From an uncultured Veillonella sp. (GTDB lineage: Bacteria > Bacillota > Negativicutes > Veillonellales > Veillonellaceae): a stretch of DNA of 64,000 bases. The notes beneath the pieces are model-generated. The model was not told the DNA's origin and did no database searches. It saw only the letters and a list, made by a program, of their open reading frames with translations. Position 1 is the first letter of the stretch, and the number at the start of each line of letters is the position of its first letter. Position numbers and translations under genes: made by a program. The stretch spans positions 3,156-67,155 of the forward strand of contig CABSJA010000003.1 in assembly GCA_902477915.1 (NCBI GenBank). Reading direction: 5' to 3'. Shown here in pieces: positions 50,095 to 59,999 of this stretch.

Positions 50095-50139
50095 AAAAAA
50101 ATGACTCTACCAGTCACCTAGGTGACTAATAGAGTCATT
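50095..50139 (-). terminator. Terminator after galE
   Basis: AATGACTCTA..AGTCAC-ctag-GTGACT..TAGAGTCATT with a T-run on the minus strand. Confidence 0.8.
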
Positions 50140-50175
50140 CATTATATTGACAAATCAAAAGGATTTGTTCTTGTT

Positions 50176-51165
50176 TTATTTGCTTTTAAAACCATCAGGA
50201 TGAGATGTATGCCATTTCCAAGCATCTTTGATAACATCGGCTACATTACTGAATTTAGGATCCCAACCAAGTAATTCTTTAATTTTTTCAGAGGAAGCAA
50301 TCAATGTACCTGGATCGCCAGCACGACGATCACCATATTGAACAGGAATATCGATACCAGTTACCTCTTTAGCAGTTTCAATAATTTCCTTAACGGAGAA
50401 GCCATTGCCACTACCAAGATTAAACACTTGAGATTCACCACCGTTACGCAAATAATCCATTGCTAACACATGAGCTGTAGCCAAATCATTAACATGAATA
50501 TAATCGCGTACACATGTACCATCAGCTGTATTATAATCAGTACCAAAAACAGTTATGTGCTCTCTTTTACCACGAGCTGCATCTAGCACAAGCGGAATCA
50601 AATGTGTTTCCGGATGATGATCTTCCCCAATCGTACCAGACGGATCTGCGCCAGCCGCATTAAAATAACGCAATGCAACATACGTAGAACCATAAATAGC
50701 ACTATAATCAGATAGCATTTCTTCAATCATCAGTTTAGTACGACCATATACATTAGTTGGATGCAATGGCGCATCTTCACGAATTGGCACTATCTCTGGT
50801 TCCCCATAAACAGCAGCTGTACTGGAAAATACAAAATGTTTTACACCAGCATTACGAGCAGACTCAATAAGATGATATGAGCCAACTACATTATTTTCAT
50901 AATAAATAGCTGGATTTACCATAGATTCACCGACCTGTGAATGAGCCGCAAAATGCATAACACCAATGATATTATGACCTTTCATAATATCTACTAATTT
51001 TGGATCTGCTATATCCATATTGTAGAACTGTACCCCTTCAGGAATTGATTCTACATGACCGCGCGATAGATTATCTACAATAATAGGTGTATAACCCGAT
51101 TGTTGTAAGGCACGTACTGTGTGACTCCCAATATAACCAGCCCCACCTGTTACTAAAATATTCAT
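50176..51165 (-). CDS. galE: UDP-glucose 4-epimerase
   Basis: TGGAGYIGSH, YGRTK, LRYFNAAGA, DGTCVRDYIHV. Confidence 0.95.
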   Translation of the reverse strand: MNILVTGGAGYIGSHTVRALQQSGYTPIIVDNLSRGHVESIPEGVQFYNMDIADPKLVDIMKGHNIIGVMHFAAHSQVGESMVNPAIYYENNVVGSYHLIESARNAGVKHFVFSSTAAVYGEPEIVPIREDAPLHPTNVYGRTKLMIEEMLSDYSAIYGSTYVALRYFNAAGADPSGTIGEDHHPETHLIPLVLDAARGKREHITVFGTDYNTADGTCVRDYIHVNDLATAHVLAMDYLRNGGESQVFNLGSGNGFSVKEIIETAKEVTGIDIPVQYGDRRAGDPGTLIASSEKIKELLGWDPKFSNVADVIKDAWKWHTSHPDGFKSK

Positions 51166-51174
51166 AGTTCCCCC

Positions 51175-52611
51175 TTATGAATTCTCTCCATCCTTTACAT
51201 GAGCCAATTTTGGACCGATGAGACGTTTATAAACTTCAACACCTGGTTGATCGAAAGCGTCTACACCAGCAAAAATAGATTCAAAGTAAACAGCCCAACA
51301 ATGCATAAACATGATTTCCCCTAAATGGAATGCATTTAATGTTGGTACAGTTATCGTCATATTAAAGCGATTGTCACTAGATAAAGCCTCTCTATTAGCA
51401 TCTAATGCAATATTGAGAATATCACAAATGCCTACATTACCAAGTGCTTGCAATCGTTCATATTGACTATGTGTATTAGGCACTACAAGATTATGTTGCC
51501 ACTCTTTAACCTTAATAAATTGAACGACCTTATTAAGGCGACCTTCTTGATGCTCTTGTACTTGAGCATGCATATCCATAGTTCCTACTGCCGCAACTGG
51601 TGTACGACCATAAGGTAAGCATGTATTACTCATCTTACCTAACGATTCGGACAATAGCTGTACATACCAATCAGATAAGGAATGAAGGGCTTCCCCATAA
51701 GGCATAAACACCTCAATAATACGACCATAACGTTCGGACGCAATATATTTTAGCAATGCACTTAATAAAGCAGGATTTTTGAAAATATCCTCTTCTTGGC
51801 AAGCAGCATCCATTGAAGCTGCACCAGCTAAGAACCCCTCAATATCAAAGCCCACAAGAGCCGCCGTTACAAAGCCAACCTCTGTAAACACAGAGAAACG
51901 ACCGCCAACACCATAGGGAATACTATAGGTTTTCCAATGATTTTCTAGTGCCATAGAACGTAGAACTGTAGGATGTTCATCATCAGACGTATCGGTAACA
52001 GCTACTACTTCATAATTTATATTCCGATCTTGCAATGCTTTTTCCAAAATCATGAAATTAGCCATTGGTTCGATAGTAGAGCCAGACTTAGAGGTGATAA
52101 CGAGCATCACCTTATAGTCGGGTCCTTTTTTCTGAGCTTGATACTCTAAGGTACGAATAAGGCCTGATAAATAATCACCATCTACGTTAAATCCAGCAAA
52201 ATACATCCGTGGATATCCGTTGCGTTCTTCCGTACTAAGATTATTCCAAAATGCACCACATTGAACATCAAAAATAACCTTACTACCCAAATAAGAACCA
52301 CCAATACCTACAGATACAACTGTATCAATATTATGGCGAGCATAGTCCCTCAATTCATAAAGACGTTTTAGCATTGCAGGTGTATTAATACCATCTTCAG
52401 AAATATAAGGAAGTTGGTAAAACAATACCGGTTCAGGCAAGCCGTCCTTGGAAACATGGCCTTCTTCAAAGCCTGTAGAGCGTAAAATATTGGTATGGCG
52501 CCAAACATTTTGTATAGCACGTTCAAAGTTTTTTACGTCTCGTTCTTGTATGCAACTTTCATTATATATGTTAGCGTAATCTAACTCGAACCCCGATTGT
52601 AATCGCAACAT
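51175..52611 (-). CDS. pgi: Glucose-6-phosphate isomerase (divergent N-terminus)
   Basis: GIGGSYLG, SKSGSTIE, VGGRFSV, QLLSESLGK, FDQPGVEVYK. Confidence 0.88.
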   Translation of the reverse strand: MLRLQSGFELDYANIYNESCIQERDVKNFERAIQNVWRHTNILRSTGFEEGHVSKDGLPEPVLFYQLPYISEDGINTPAMLKRLYELRDYARHNIDTVVSVGIGGSYLGSKVIFDVQCGAFWNNLSTEERNGYPRMYFAGFNVDGDYLSGLIRTLEYQAQKKGPDYKVMLVITSKSGSTIEPMANFMILEKALQDRNINYEVVAVTDTSDDEHPTVLRSMALENHWKTYSIPYGVGGRFSVFTEVGFVTAALVGFDIEGFLAGAASMDAACQEEDIFKNPALLSALLKYIASERYGRIIEVFMPYGEALHSLSDWYVQLLSESLGKMSNTCLPYGRTPVAAVGTMDMHAQVQEHQEGRLNKVVQFIKVKEWQHNLVVPNTHSQYERLQALGNVGICDILNIALDANREALSSDNRFNMTITVPTLNAFHLGEIMFMHCWAVYFESIFAGVDAFDQPGVEVYKRLIGPKLAHVKDGENS

Positions 52612-52695
52612 CAAATATCTCCTTCACTGACATTTTATGTACAATATTCTACTCATTATACCATAAAACAATGAATAAAATATTAGTTTATGCAA

Positions 52696-52974
52696 TCAAT
52701 TCACCCACAAACCATAACCAAACCCCACTGCATAAACAGACCATAACAATGCAATAGGGATAGCTAGTTTAAACTTAAGCTTTAAAGTCTTATGACGCCA
52801 AATAACCATGCCCAATAGCGCACCAAGGCCGCCAAAGGCAAATGCTAAAAATAATAATGTGAACTCTGAAATCCGATTATACCCCTTAATAGCACATAGC
52901 TTATCATATCCATACATGCTAAATACAATTAGATTCCATACCCCTACAGTAACCCAAAATTGTGTATCACTCAT
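52696..52974 (-). CDS. DUF1294 family membrane protein
   Basis: YGYDK..A....RISE..L......GG.GA......RHKT.K. Confidence 0.88.
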   Translation of the reverse strand: MSDTQFWVTVGVWNLIVFSMYGYDKLCAIKGYNRISEFTLLFLAFAFGGLGALLGMVIWRHKTLKLKFKLAIPIALLWSVYAVGFGYGLWVN

Positions 52975-52994
52975 GTCCCCAAACCTTATATCCC

Positions 52995-53918
52995 TTACTT
53001 ATGATGAGCTTTAAAATATTCTAATGTTTTTTGTAAGCCCTCATCTAATGTTGTTGAAGCTACAAATCCAAAATCACGTTCTGCCTTTGCATTACTTAAA
53101 CGTGAATGTTTGATATCCCCTATGCGTTCGTCTTCATAATGAACCATAAAATCAGCACCACTAATAGATCTGAATCGTGTAATCAACTCATTAACAGATG
53201 TTCCCGTATTGGTAGACACGTTATAAATACCTGTACAGCTAGTATTGCCCATAGCCTTAATATTAGCTTCTACCACATCTTCTACATAAATGAAGTCTCT
53301 TGTTTGTTCCCCATCACCATATACGGTTAAAGGCTTACCTTCAACGATTAAACGATTGAAAATACTAATAACGCCACCTTCACCACCATCACCTTGACGT
53401 GGACCATATACATTGGCATATCTAAAGCATACTGTATTTAACCCGAAAGCTTCACGATAGATACGTAAATACCCTTCTGCAGTAAGCTTAGTCAAACCAT
53501 AGAAGGATGATGGCATACCACTTAGTTCTTCTGTCAATGGTAATACTGCTAAGTCCCCATACACAGCAGCCGAAGAAGGCATTAAGAATTGTTCAACTTT
53601 CACCTTACGACAGGCATCAAGTACATTAATAAGCCCTAACAAATTAACATCACAGTCATAACTTGGATTCTCCATAGAGGATTGAACCATAGTTTGAGCA
53701 GCCTCATGAAATACAATAGAGGGCTTAAACTCTTCAAAAACAGATAATAATTTTGGATCTCGTACATCCATCTCAATAAATTGAGCAGAATCATGTACAA
53801 AAGAACGCATACCTGTAGATAAATTATCTATAACGAGCACATTGTGCCCCAATTCAATTAATCGATCAACGAGATGGGAACCAATAAAACCGGCTCCACC
53901 TGTAACACATATATTCAT
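52995..53918 (-). CDS. NAD-dependent sugar epimerase/dehydratase (GalE-like)
   Basis: TGGAGFIGSH, YGLTK, RYANVYGPRQ, GDGEQTRDF. Confidence 0.9.
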   Translation of the reverse strand: MNICVTGGAGFIGSHLVDRLIELGHNVLVIDNLSTGMRSFVHDSAQFIEMDVRDPKLLSVFEEFKPSIVFHEAAQTMVQSSMENPSYDCDVNLLGLINVLDACRKVKVEQFLMPSSAAVYGDLAVLPLTEELSGMPSSFYGLTKLTAEGYLRIYREAFGLNTVCFRYANVYGPRQGDGGEGGVISIFNRLIVEGKPLTVYGDGEQTRDFIYVEDVVEANIKAMGNTSCTGIYNVSTNTGTSVNELITRFRSISGADFMVHYEDERIGDIKHSRLSNAKAERDFGFVASTTLDEGLQKTLEYFKAHHK

Positions 53919-53940
53919 AACACCCTCCTTTCTGAGAAAG

Positions 53941-54666
53941 TTAAATTCCCGCGCCTTGTTTGGCTAGTACATCAGCCATTTCATTATATGTATCACCCGT
54001 ATGAGCAGCTACCTTGTGAAAGTGTACGCGCACACGGTCTTTTATAGAGTCATAAAACGCAGCATAATATTGAGTCAGTGCATTATTGCGTTTCCATCGT
54101 TTAGTAGCCCACATTTCAATCCCCATATAATCATAATATAGGGAACATTCTGGAATACCATGATCAACGGCATATTTCATAACATACATAGCAGCTAGTA
54201 GCTCACCAGCTACATTCCAAAATGATGTATATCGTTCATCATTAGAAGGAAATGAAAAAGTCTCCTTAGACCCATTCAAGAAGATAACGCCACCAGCACC
54301 AACTGTATTGGTACCTTTATTATAACTACCATCAATATAAGCAATAATATGGTCGGCCTTAGTAAAATCTGGTTTCACCACATTTGGAGATACCTTATTT
54401 TGAACTTTAGAACTAAATCCTATAGGTCTAGAATTCATAGATTTAGACTTAACTGCTTGTGGCGATTTAGGTTCGCTCCGTTTAGCACTCATAAAATCAC
54501 TCAAGGATAATCCTGAATCATCTACAAAGGCACGTGCTTCTGCTTCTGTAGAGAAAGATTTGTAGATAGCACCGCCAAAACCCTTTACCTGTTTCTCACA
54601 GTCAGCCCAGGTAGTATAAACTCCTGGTACACGGCCTTGACGAACTGCATAAAACTTCTTTGCCAT
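53941..54666 (-). CDS. Ribonuclease HI with N-terminal hybrid-binding (viroplasmin) domain
   Basis: KFYAVRQGRVPGVYTTW; DGSY, GEL, YD, KVAAH...NEMAD acidic residues. Confidence 0.9.
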   Translation of the reverse strand: MAKKFYAVRQGRVPGVYTTWADCEKQVKGFGGAIYKSFSTEAEARAFVDDSGLSLSDFMSAKRSEPKSPQAVKSKSMNSRPIGFSSKVQNKVSPNVVKPDFTKADHIIAYIDGSYNKGTNTVGAGGVIFLNGSKETFSFPSNDERYTSFWNVAGELLAAMYVMKYAVDHGIPECSLYYDYMGIEMWATKRWKRNNALTQYYAAFYDSIKDRVRVHFHKVAAHTGDTYNEMADVLAKQGAGI

Positions 54667-54675
54667 ACGTACCTC

Positions 54676-55167
54676 TTAATGATCCATTGTAAGTACTACA
54701 AATTCAGCATTTACAACAGAGGCCAAATCCTTTGGATTTACCTTCATCTGCATGCCTCGTAGACCAGCGCTTACATATACAAACTCTTGAGGTTCCATTG
54801 TGGCATCAAAATAGGTAGGAAACGATTTTTTCATCCCCACTGGAGAACATCCGCCCCGTAAGTATCCGGTAATACCTAGTAAGTCCTTAACATGAACCAG
54901 TTCTACAGACTTATTATGACTGACACGAGCCGCTTGTTTCATATCTAGCTCTTCAGCCACTGGAATACAGAATACTACAAACCCTGTTTTATCGCCCTTA
55001 CCAACTAGTGTTTTAAAGACTTGTTTTTCATCGAGTCCTAAAGCTTCTACTACATGAAGGCCTGCAGCACGCTCTTCAGACCACTCATATTCGCTAATAC
55101 TATAAGGTATCTTATGAGTATCTAAAATACGTAATGCATTTGTTTTTTTATGTTTCTCTTTACCCAC
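54676..55167 (-). CDS. ybaK: Cys-tRNA(Pro) deacylase
   Basis: KTNA.R, VFKTLV, TGYLRGGCSPVG, VSAG.RG. Confidence 0.92.
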   Translation of the reverse strand: MGKEKHKKTNALRILDTHKIPYSISEYEWSEERAAGLHVVEALGLDEKQVFKTLVGKGDKTGFVVFCIPVAEELDMKQAARVSHNKSVELVHVKDLLGITGYLRGGCSPVGMKKSFPTYFDATMEPQEFVYVSAGLRGMQMKVNPKDLASVVNAEFVVLTMDH

Positions 55168-55247
55168 TATAACCTCCATATACTAGCATAACAAATAAAT
55201 TTAATCATACCATAATATATTTCTATCGATAAATATATTTTTCATTA

Positions 55248-56246
55248 CTATTTATTTACGATTTTATTAATATTTTTTAGTTCAATACGCAAGGTTCCAT
55301 CATCATTAGTTTTGATTTCAATGAACTCGCGATTTTTCATATACTCTACAGGAAAAGAAATTTCAATGCCCGTATCGGTTTTAATCTTATGATGTTCACC
55401 AACCTTCGTAGCAAACTCTCGATTAACAGGTAGAGGCCTCATCATATCCGCATCAGCTAATTCTTTCTTAGCCGCCTCTTGTTGAACAGGATTGGCTTTA
55501 AATACCTCTTCCACAATGCGAACAGGATCTACTGTATCAGATACTTCTGCATTTTTCGCAATCATAGACTTTGCAATCGTCAATTCAACGACACCATCTG
55601 ACTCATGGGCTTGAGCCACCTTATCTACGATAGCTTTCACCTTTTTCACCGTATCTCTAGATGATTGGTTAGTGCCTAATTGCAAAACCTTATCTGCTAA
55701 GATATAGGATACTTCACCATCAAATTCACCTTTCGGTTCAAAAATTCGAACGCTAAAATCATGCAAATTAATGGATGCAAAGGCGCGTAACTTTTGTGAA
55801 GGCATAGGCAACACAGCCTTATGAGAAACAAGTTCTGTAGCTAAACTGCCATCATCTTCACTAAATAGTTGATGAGTAAAAGCATCATGAGCTTGGCACA
55901 GAAGAATGCAGATATAAGATGCATCCGTAACAGCTTCACAAATAATCGTATCGATAACAACGGAATCCGTCGCTTGTTTCATATAGGTAAACAAGCTTTC
56001 ACCTAAATTCTTAGATAACTCTATAAACTTAAGGTCTCCATTTTTATAATCGACTAATTGTTTACCAAATGGACTTGCATCATGCAAGGTACCTGTTCTA
56101 GCACCGGGGTCTTTGAACGCCTTAACTACATGATTCGCAATATAATCATGAATAGCTTGATCGCCAACCTTTAATTCATGTTCAGAGTATACAGCTAAAG
56201 AAGACGTAAAATCGAAAATCTCTAGCGCCGCCTTATTAATCTGCAT
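55248..56246 (-). CDS. Nucleoid-associated protein (YejK/NdpA-like)
   Basis: MQINKA.L N-terminus; KIKTDTGIEISFP..Y...EFIEI..NDDGT..IELKNI C-terminus. Confidence 0.75.
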   Translation of the reverse strand: MQINKAALEIFDFTSSLAVYSEHELKVGDQAIHDYIANHVVKAFKDPGARTGTLHDASPFGKQLVDYKNGDLKFIELSKNLGESLFTYMKQATDSVVIDTIICEAVTDASYICILLCQAHDAFTHQLFSEDDGSLATELVSHKAVLPMPSQKLRAFASINLHDFSVRIFEPKGEFDGEVSYILADKVLQLGTNQSSRDTVKKVKAIVDKVAQAHESDGVVELTIAKSMIAKNAEVSDTVDPVRIVEEVFKANPVQQEAAKKELADADMMRPLPVNREFATKVGEHHKIKTDTGIEISFPVEYMKNREFIEIKTNDDGTLRIELKNINKIVNK

Positions 56247-56273
56247 GATGCCTCCTTATAACAGTAAAAACGA

Positions 56274-57569
56274 TTACCCTTTATTATACCACTCTTTTAG
56301 CTTTCTTTTATCAACTTTTGAGCATTCTGTAAGAGGTAACATAGGAATAGAGTAGATAGATTTTGGCCATTCTATGGAAGGTCTATGATGCCGAATTGTT
56401 TCCATAACATCGGCTACTAGAACATTATCCTCCAACACCATATACGCTACAAAATCTTCCCCTTTTACATCATCTATGATATCGATAATAGCTACTTCTG
56501 AGACACCATCTATAGATTGCAAATAAGTTTCCATGGAGGGAATAGATATTTTATAGCCCCCCTTGTTTACCACATCGCCTTGTCGCCCAGTAAACATAAG
56601 ATACCCCTCTGTATCTATATAACCACAATCATTAACGGTATATGTATCGGAAATACCTTCAATATGATATTTTGTAGTTACATATATAACCCCATCATCT
56701 GCTTTAATTCGGACCGTTGGGAATGGCCTGCCCACAGTGCCTTCTCGGTCTAGCCACTCTTTACCTGTGCAATAGGTTATATAGTTAAGCTCAGAAGCAC
56801 CATAATACAGAATAAACTCCATATTAGGACATAGCTGTTGCAACTGCTCCATCAAATGACGATCAAGCACTTGTGAGCCAGCAATAATATAGTTAATCGT
56901 AGATAATTTACATTTACAATGCCTTATGAGCAATCTAAGTTTTGTAGGAAGAGCATAGATATGATCTACTTCATATCTTTCAAGCAGCTCAATCCATCGA
57001 GTAGGACGCAAGGAACTGGTAGTAACAATAGTCCCCCCTGCCCATAAGACAGCAACAACCATATTACTAACACCAGTAAAACTAAAGCTGCCTTGCAAAA
57101 AGATTTTTGTATCTTCATTTATATGAAAGATATTATTTTGAATATCAAAAAACTCTCGCCACGATTCCTCTTTTCTCCACAACGGTTTAGGACGCCCCGT
57201 AGTACCTGATGTAAGTACACCAAAATCAGTTAATGGCAACACGCCTTCATCAGCTATAATATGAGCTAATTCGTCTATATACTCAGTATCCATTTCATTA
57301 TGGCATACCATAGGAATGTAACATCTATACAATGCACCTAACCATTGTACAAGTTGTTCTAAAAAGGATTGACTCTGAATTAAAAGAACTTTATTTTTTG
57401 CTGATTCTTTAACTTCAGTGAGATTTACTATATGACTAGTATCATCAATATCGATTGATAGAATAGCATCATATAGTTCACTATATGTATACTTTGTATC
57501 ATCTATAATGAGAGCAATCTTATGAGGCTCTAATTCTTTATATTGTCGTAACCGTTCAATAATTGTCAT
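56274..57569 (-). CDS. Acyl-CoA synthetase / AMP-binding protein (YhfT-like)
   Basis: TSGTTGRPK, YYGASE, GRQGD, KVD. Confidence 0.88.
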   Translation of the reverse strand: MTIIERLRQYKELEPHKIALIIDDTKYTYSELYDAILSIDIDDTSHIVNLTEVKESAKNKVLLIQSQSFLEQLVQWLGALYRCYIPMVCHNEMDTEYIDELAHIIADEGVLPLTDFGVLTSGTTGRPKPLWRKEESWREFFDIQNNIFHINEDTKIFLQGSFSFTGVSNMVVAVLWAGGTIVTTSSLRPTRWIELLERYEVDHIYALPTKLRLLIRHCKCKLSTINYIIAGSQVLDRHLMEQLQQLCPNMEFILYYGASELNYITYCTGKEWLDREGTVGRPFPTVRIKADDGVIYVTTKYHIEGISDTYTVNDCGYIDTEGYLMFTGRQGDVVNKGGYKISIPSMETYLQSIDGVSEVAIIDIIDDVKGEDFVAYMVLEDNVLVADVMETIRHHRPSIEWPKSIYSIPMLPLTECSKVDKRKLKEWYNKG

Positions 57570-57570
57570 T

Positions 57571-58677
57571 TTACATACGTTCCATAATCAAAGCAGTTCC
57601 TGTACCGCCTGCACCGGCAATAGCACACAAACCATAGCGACCATTACAAGATTCTAAAGCAGCCATACAATGAAGAGCTAATATAGCACCAGAACAGCCA
57701 TAAGGATGTCCATACGCTAAGGCACCACCCAATTTATTATATTTTTCTAAATGCTTGGGATAGGCCTTATTGAAGAGCACATCAATGATAGCAAAGGCTT
57801 CGTTCCACTCTACTACATCAATATCATCCATCGTTAGACCAGTGCGTTTTAAAATCGCTTCTGTGCTTTCTAAAGCTCCTTCTGGGCTAAACTGAGGATT
57901 TCCCGCCCAAGGCATAATACTATGAATTCTAAAGGGCCCTTTTTCATTAGATACGTATACAAAAGCCGCGCCATCATGAGTTAAACAAGCATTACCTGCA
58001 TTTGTAATAGAGTTCTTACCTAATAAGGGCTTCATCCTGGACAAGAGTTTTTCGTTCATTTTAGGTCTAATGCATTCATCAACACAGGCTTTGCCATCGA
58101 TGGTAATAGGCATAATGTAAGATTTCAAATGCGGATTATTTAAAGCTTCAGAAGCGCGTTTGTGACTACCAATAATATAGGGATATAAATCTTCCTTGAG
58201 TACATTATGTTTTTGAATCGTCCTCTCTGCCCCTTCTAACATAGCTAGAGGAGAACAATCGTTAGGGCTAAACTGAGCAACCTTATATAGGCCTTCACGA
58301 TTATCACCAGCTGCATACATCCTATCGGGCTGTAATGAAGAACTTTCAATACCACCAGCAATAGCCGAATCCATAACACCTGATGCAATATGTGTATAGG
58401 CCATCTCAATACTCATCAAGGCTGATGCACATTGCATATCTACGGTAATCGCAGGAACAGAATTCGGTAAATTAGTCATGAGCCCCATAAGGCGACCAAT
58501 ATTCCCACCTGTACCAACTGCATTACCACAAAAGATCCCATCCACTTGTGAAATATCATAACGATTGATTAATTCATTAATGAGTTGAGCTCCTAACATT
58601 TCAGGTCTCATATTTCTATATTGTCCATTTAATACGCCTATAGGTATTCTAAGCCCACCATGAATATATACTGACAT
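57571..58677 (-). CDS. Thiolase (YhfS-like)
   Basis: DMQCAS, NEAFA, GGALAYGHPYG; C-terminal motif reads AIAGAGG. Confidence 0.88.
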   Translation of the reverse strand: MSVYIHGGLRIPIGVLNGQYRNMRPEMLGAQLINELINRYDISQVDGIFCGNAVGTGGNIGRLMGLMTNLPNSVPAITVDMQCASALMSIEMAYTHIASGVMDSAIAGGIESSSLQPDRMYAAGDNREGLYKVAQFSPNDCSPLAMLEGAERTIQKHNVLKEDLYPYIIGSHKRASEALNNPHLKSYIMPITIDGKACVDECIRPKMNEKLLSRMKPLLGKNSITNAGNACLTHDGAAFVYVSNEKGPFRIHSIMPWAGNPQFSPEGALESTEAILKRTGLTMDDIDVVEWNEAFAIIDVLFNKAYPKHLEKYNKLGGALAYGHPYGCSGAILALHCMAALESCNGRYGLCAIAGAGGTGTALIMERM

Positions 58678-58700
58678 ATTAGCTCCTATAAGAAAATGCA

Positions 58701-58732
58701 GAAAAGAGGCATCCCAAGGAATGCCTCTTTTC
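58701..58732 (-). terminator. Hairpin between bioY and the thiolase
   Basis: GAAAAGAGGCAT...ATGCCTCTTTTC. Confidence 0.65.
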
Positions 58733-58743
58733 ATTATTACATT

Positions 58744-59256
58744 CTAAATTTTAATTTTAGTTGCTAACCAAGAAGCAACGAGACATTTTACAATATCCCC
58801 AGGAATGAATGGGAACATTACTACAGGCAATGCCGCCCAAAGTTCAGTTTTTGTTACAATCATAAAGCCTGCAACGCCAAATAGATATACTACAGGAATA
58901 GTAATTACAAGAGAACGCCATGCATAAGAGAAAAAGCTCTTCTTAGAACCTTTGAATACGCTTAATAATGTATAAGCTATTGGCCAAGAGAAGATAAAGC
59001 CCCCTGTTGGTCCTAATAATTTACCAAGACCTGCTGTGCCACCAACGAATACTGGTAAACCTACAGCACCAAGTAAAACGTAAATGATAAATACAATAAA
59101 TGCATCCTTTGGTTGCAATAATAGACCTGTTAATGTAGCCACCAAAGTCAATGCAGTTACCATGGCCGGACTAAATGGCAATGGGAAAGAAATATATGCT
59201 GAAATACATAATAAGGCTGTTAATAAAGCCATTTTTGTTAAACGTCTTGCTTCCAT
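58744..59256 (-). CDS. bioY: Biotin ECF S-component BioY
   Basis: Y..LGAVGLPVF.GG, GPTGGF, PFIPGDIVK. Confidence 0.93.
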   Translation of the reverse strand: MEARRLTKMALLTALLCISAYISFPLPFSPAMVTALTLVATLTGLLLQPKDAFIVFIIYVLLGAVGLPVFVGGTAGLGKLLGPTGGFIFSWPIAYTLLSVFKGSKKSFFSYAWRSLVITIPVVYLFGVAGFMIVTKTELWAALPVVMFPFIPGDIVKCLVASWLATKIKI

Positions 59257-59264
59257 AATTACCT

Positions 59265-59831
59265 CTAACTAATACATCTTTGTTTTAAAGATGTTAAATC
59301 TTCATTTTCACCAAAAAAAGTAGCCGAAAAAGCTAATGTATCACCTATATACCCTTCTACTTGAGCATCTTCAGAATTTTCCACCAAAGTTACCTGATCA
59401 TCTGCAATAACGGGTGCATGAAAATAAATAGCCATCTGCTGCGCAGATTTACTAATATTCCAATAATTCCATAAATTTTCTAGAATCATACAACCCGGTA
59501 CCACATAGGGTGCTTCTCGATGAATCTCATTAGTATCATTAATATCGTTTACAAATCGTATTATATCGTCCTTAGAAAAAGATATAGTACGGTCGTTTTT
59601 CTCTTGATGAATTGTAGAACGGATACGAAAATGTTTCGGTACCGGTCGTAAATCAACAATTAAAAAGCCTGATTTATCTAGAATACCAACCGTAGTAGTT
59701 TTAGCAACTTGATATAAAATACCACAGATAGATTGATCACTACCCGAAGCATCATAATGCATATGCTTAATAACACTATGCCCTGGTAATCCAAAATCAT
59801 TATTACACAATGTTGTAAAGAGCGATCTCAT
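59265..59831 (-). CDS. Hypothetical protein with MaoC-like hotdog C-terminal motif
   Basis: F...INDTNEIH....VVPG, FHAPV resemble the hydratase-2 D-N-x-x-H motif. Confidence 0.55.
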   Translation of the reverse strand: MRSLFTTLCNNDFGLPGHSVIKHMHYDASGSDQSICGILYQVAKTTTVGILDKSGFLIVDLRPVPKHFRIRSTIHQEKNDRTISFSKDDIIRFVNDINDTNEIHREAPYVVPGCMILENLWNYWNISKSAQQMAIYFHAPVIADDQVTLVENSEDAQVEGYIGDTLAFSATFFGENEDLTSLKQRCIS

Positions 59832-59864
59832 ATAATCACAGTCCTTTATTTATTCAATAAATTG

Positions 59865-59921
59865 ATTATAATCAACATTATTTTATTAGTCAACAAAATC
59901 ACATCCGATTTGTTGACAATA
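59865..59921 (-). promoter_or_regulatory. Sigma-A promoter overlapped by a putative BirA operator
   Basis: TTGACT-17bp-TATAAT; inverted repeat GTCAAC-17bp-GTTGAC (59889-59917) with AT-rich flanks. Confidence 0.75.
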
Positions 59922-59945
59922 ATGCAAAAATATCGCTACCAATTA

Positions 59946-59977
59946 AAAGAACCTATGGTAACATCCACAGGTTCTTT
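59946..59977 (-). terminator. Terminator after galU
   Basis: AAAGAACCTATGG...CCACAGGTTCTTT. Confidence 0.7.
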
Positions 59978-59999
59978 CTTATATACATATATAGCTTCA

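Noticed and set aside
53941..54666. Viroplasmin domain as a sign of viral or mobile origin
   Set aside because: It is the normal hybrid-binding domain of many bacterial RNase HI enzymes
55248..56246. Nucleoid-associated protein as an anti-phage gene
   Set aside because: No partner defence genes or island features; it sits among housekeeping genes
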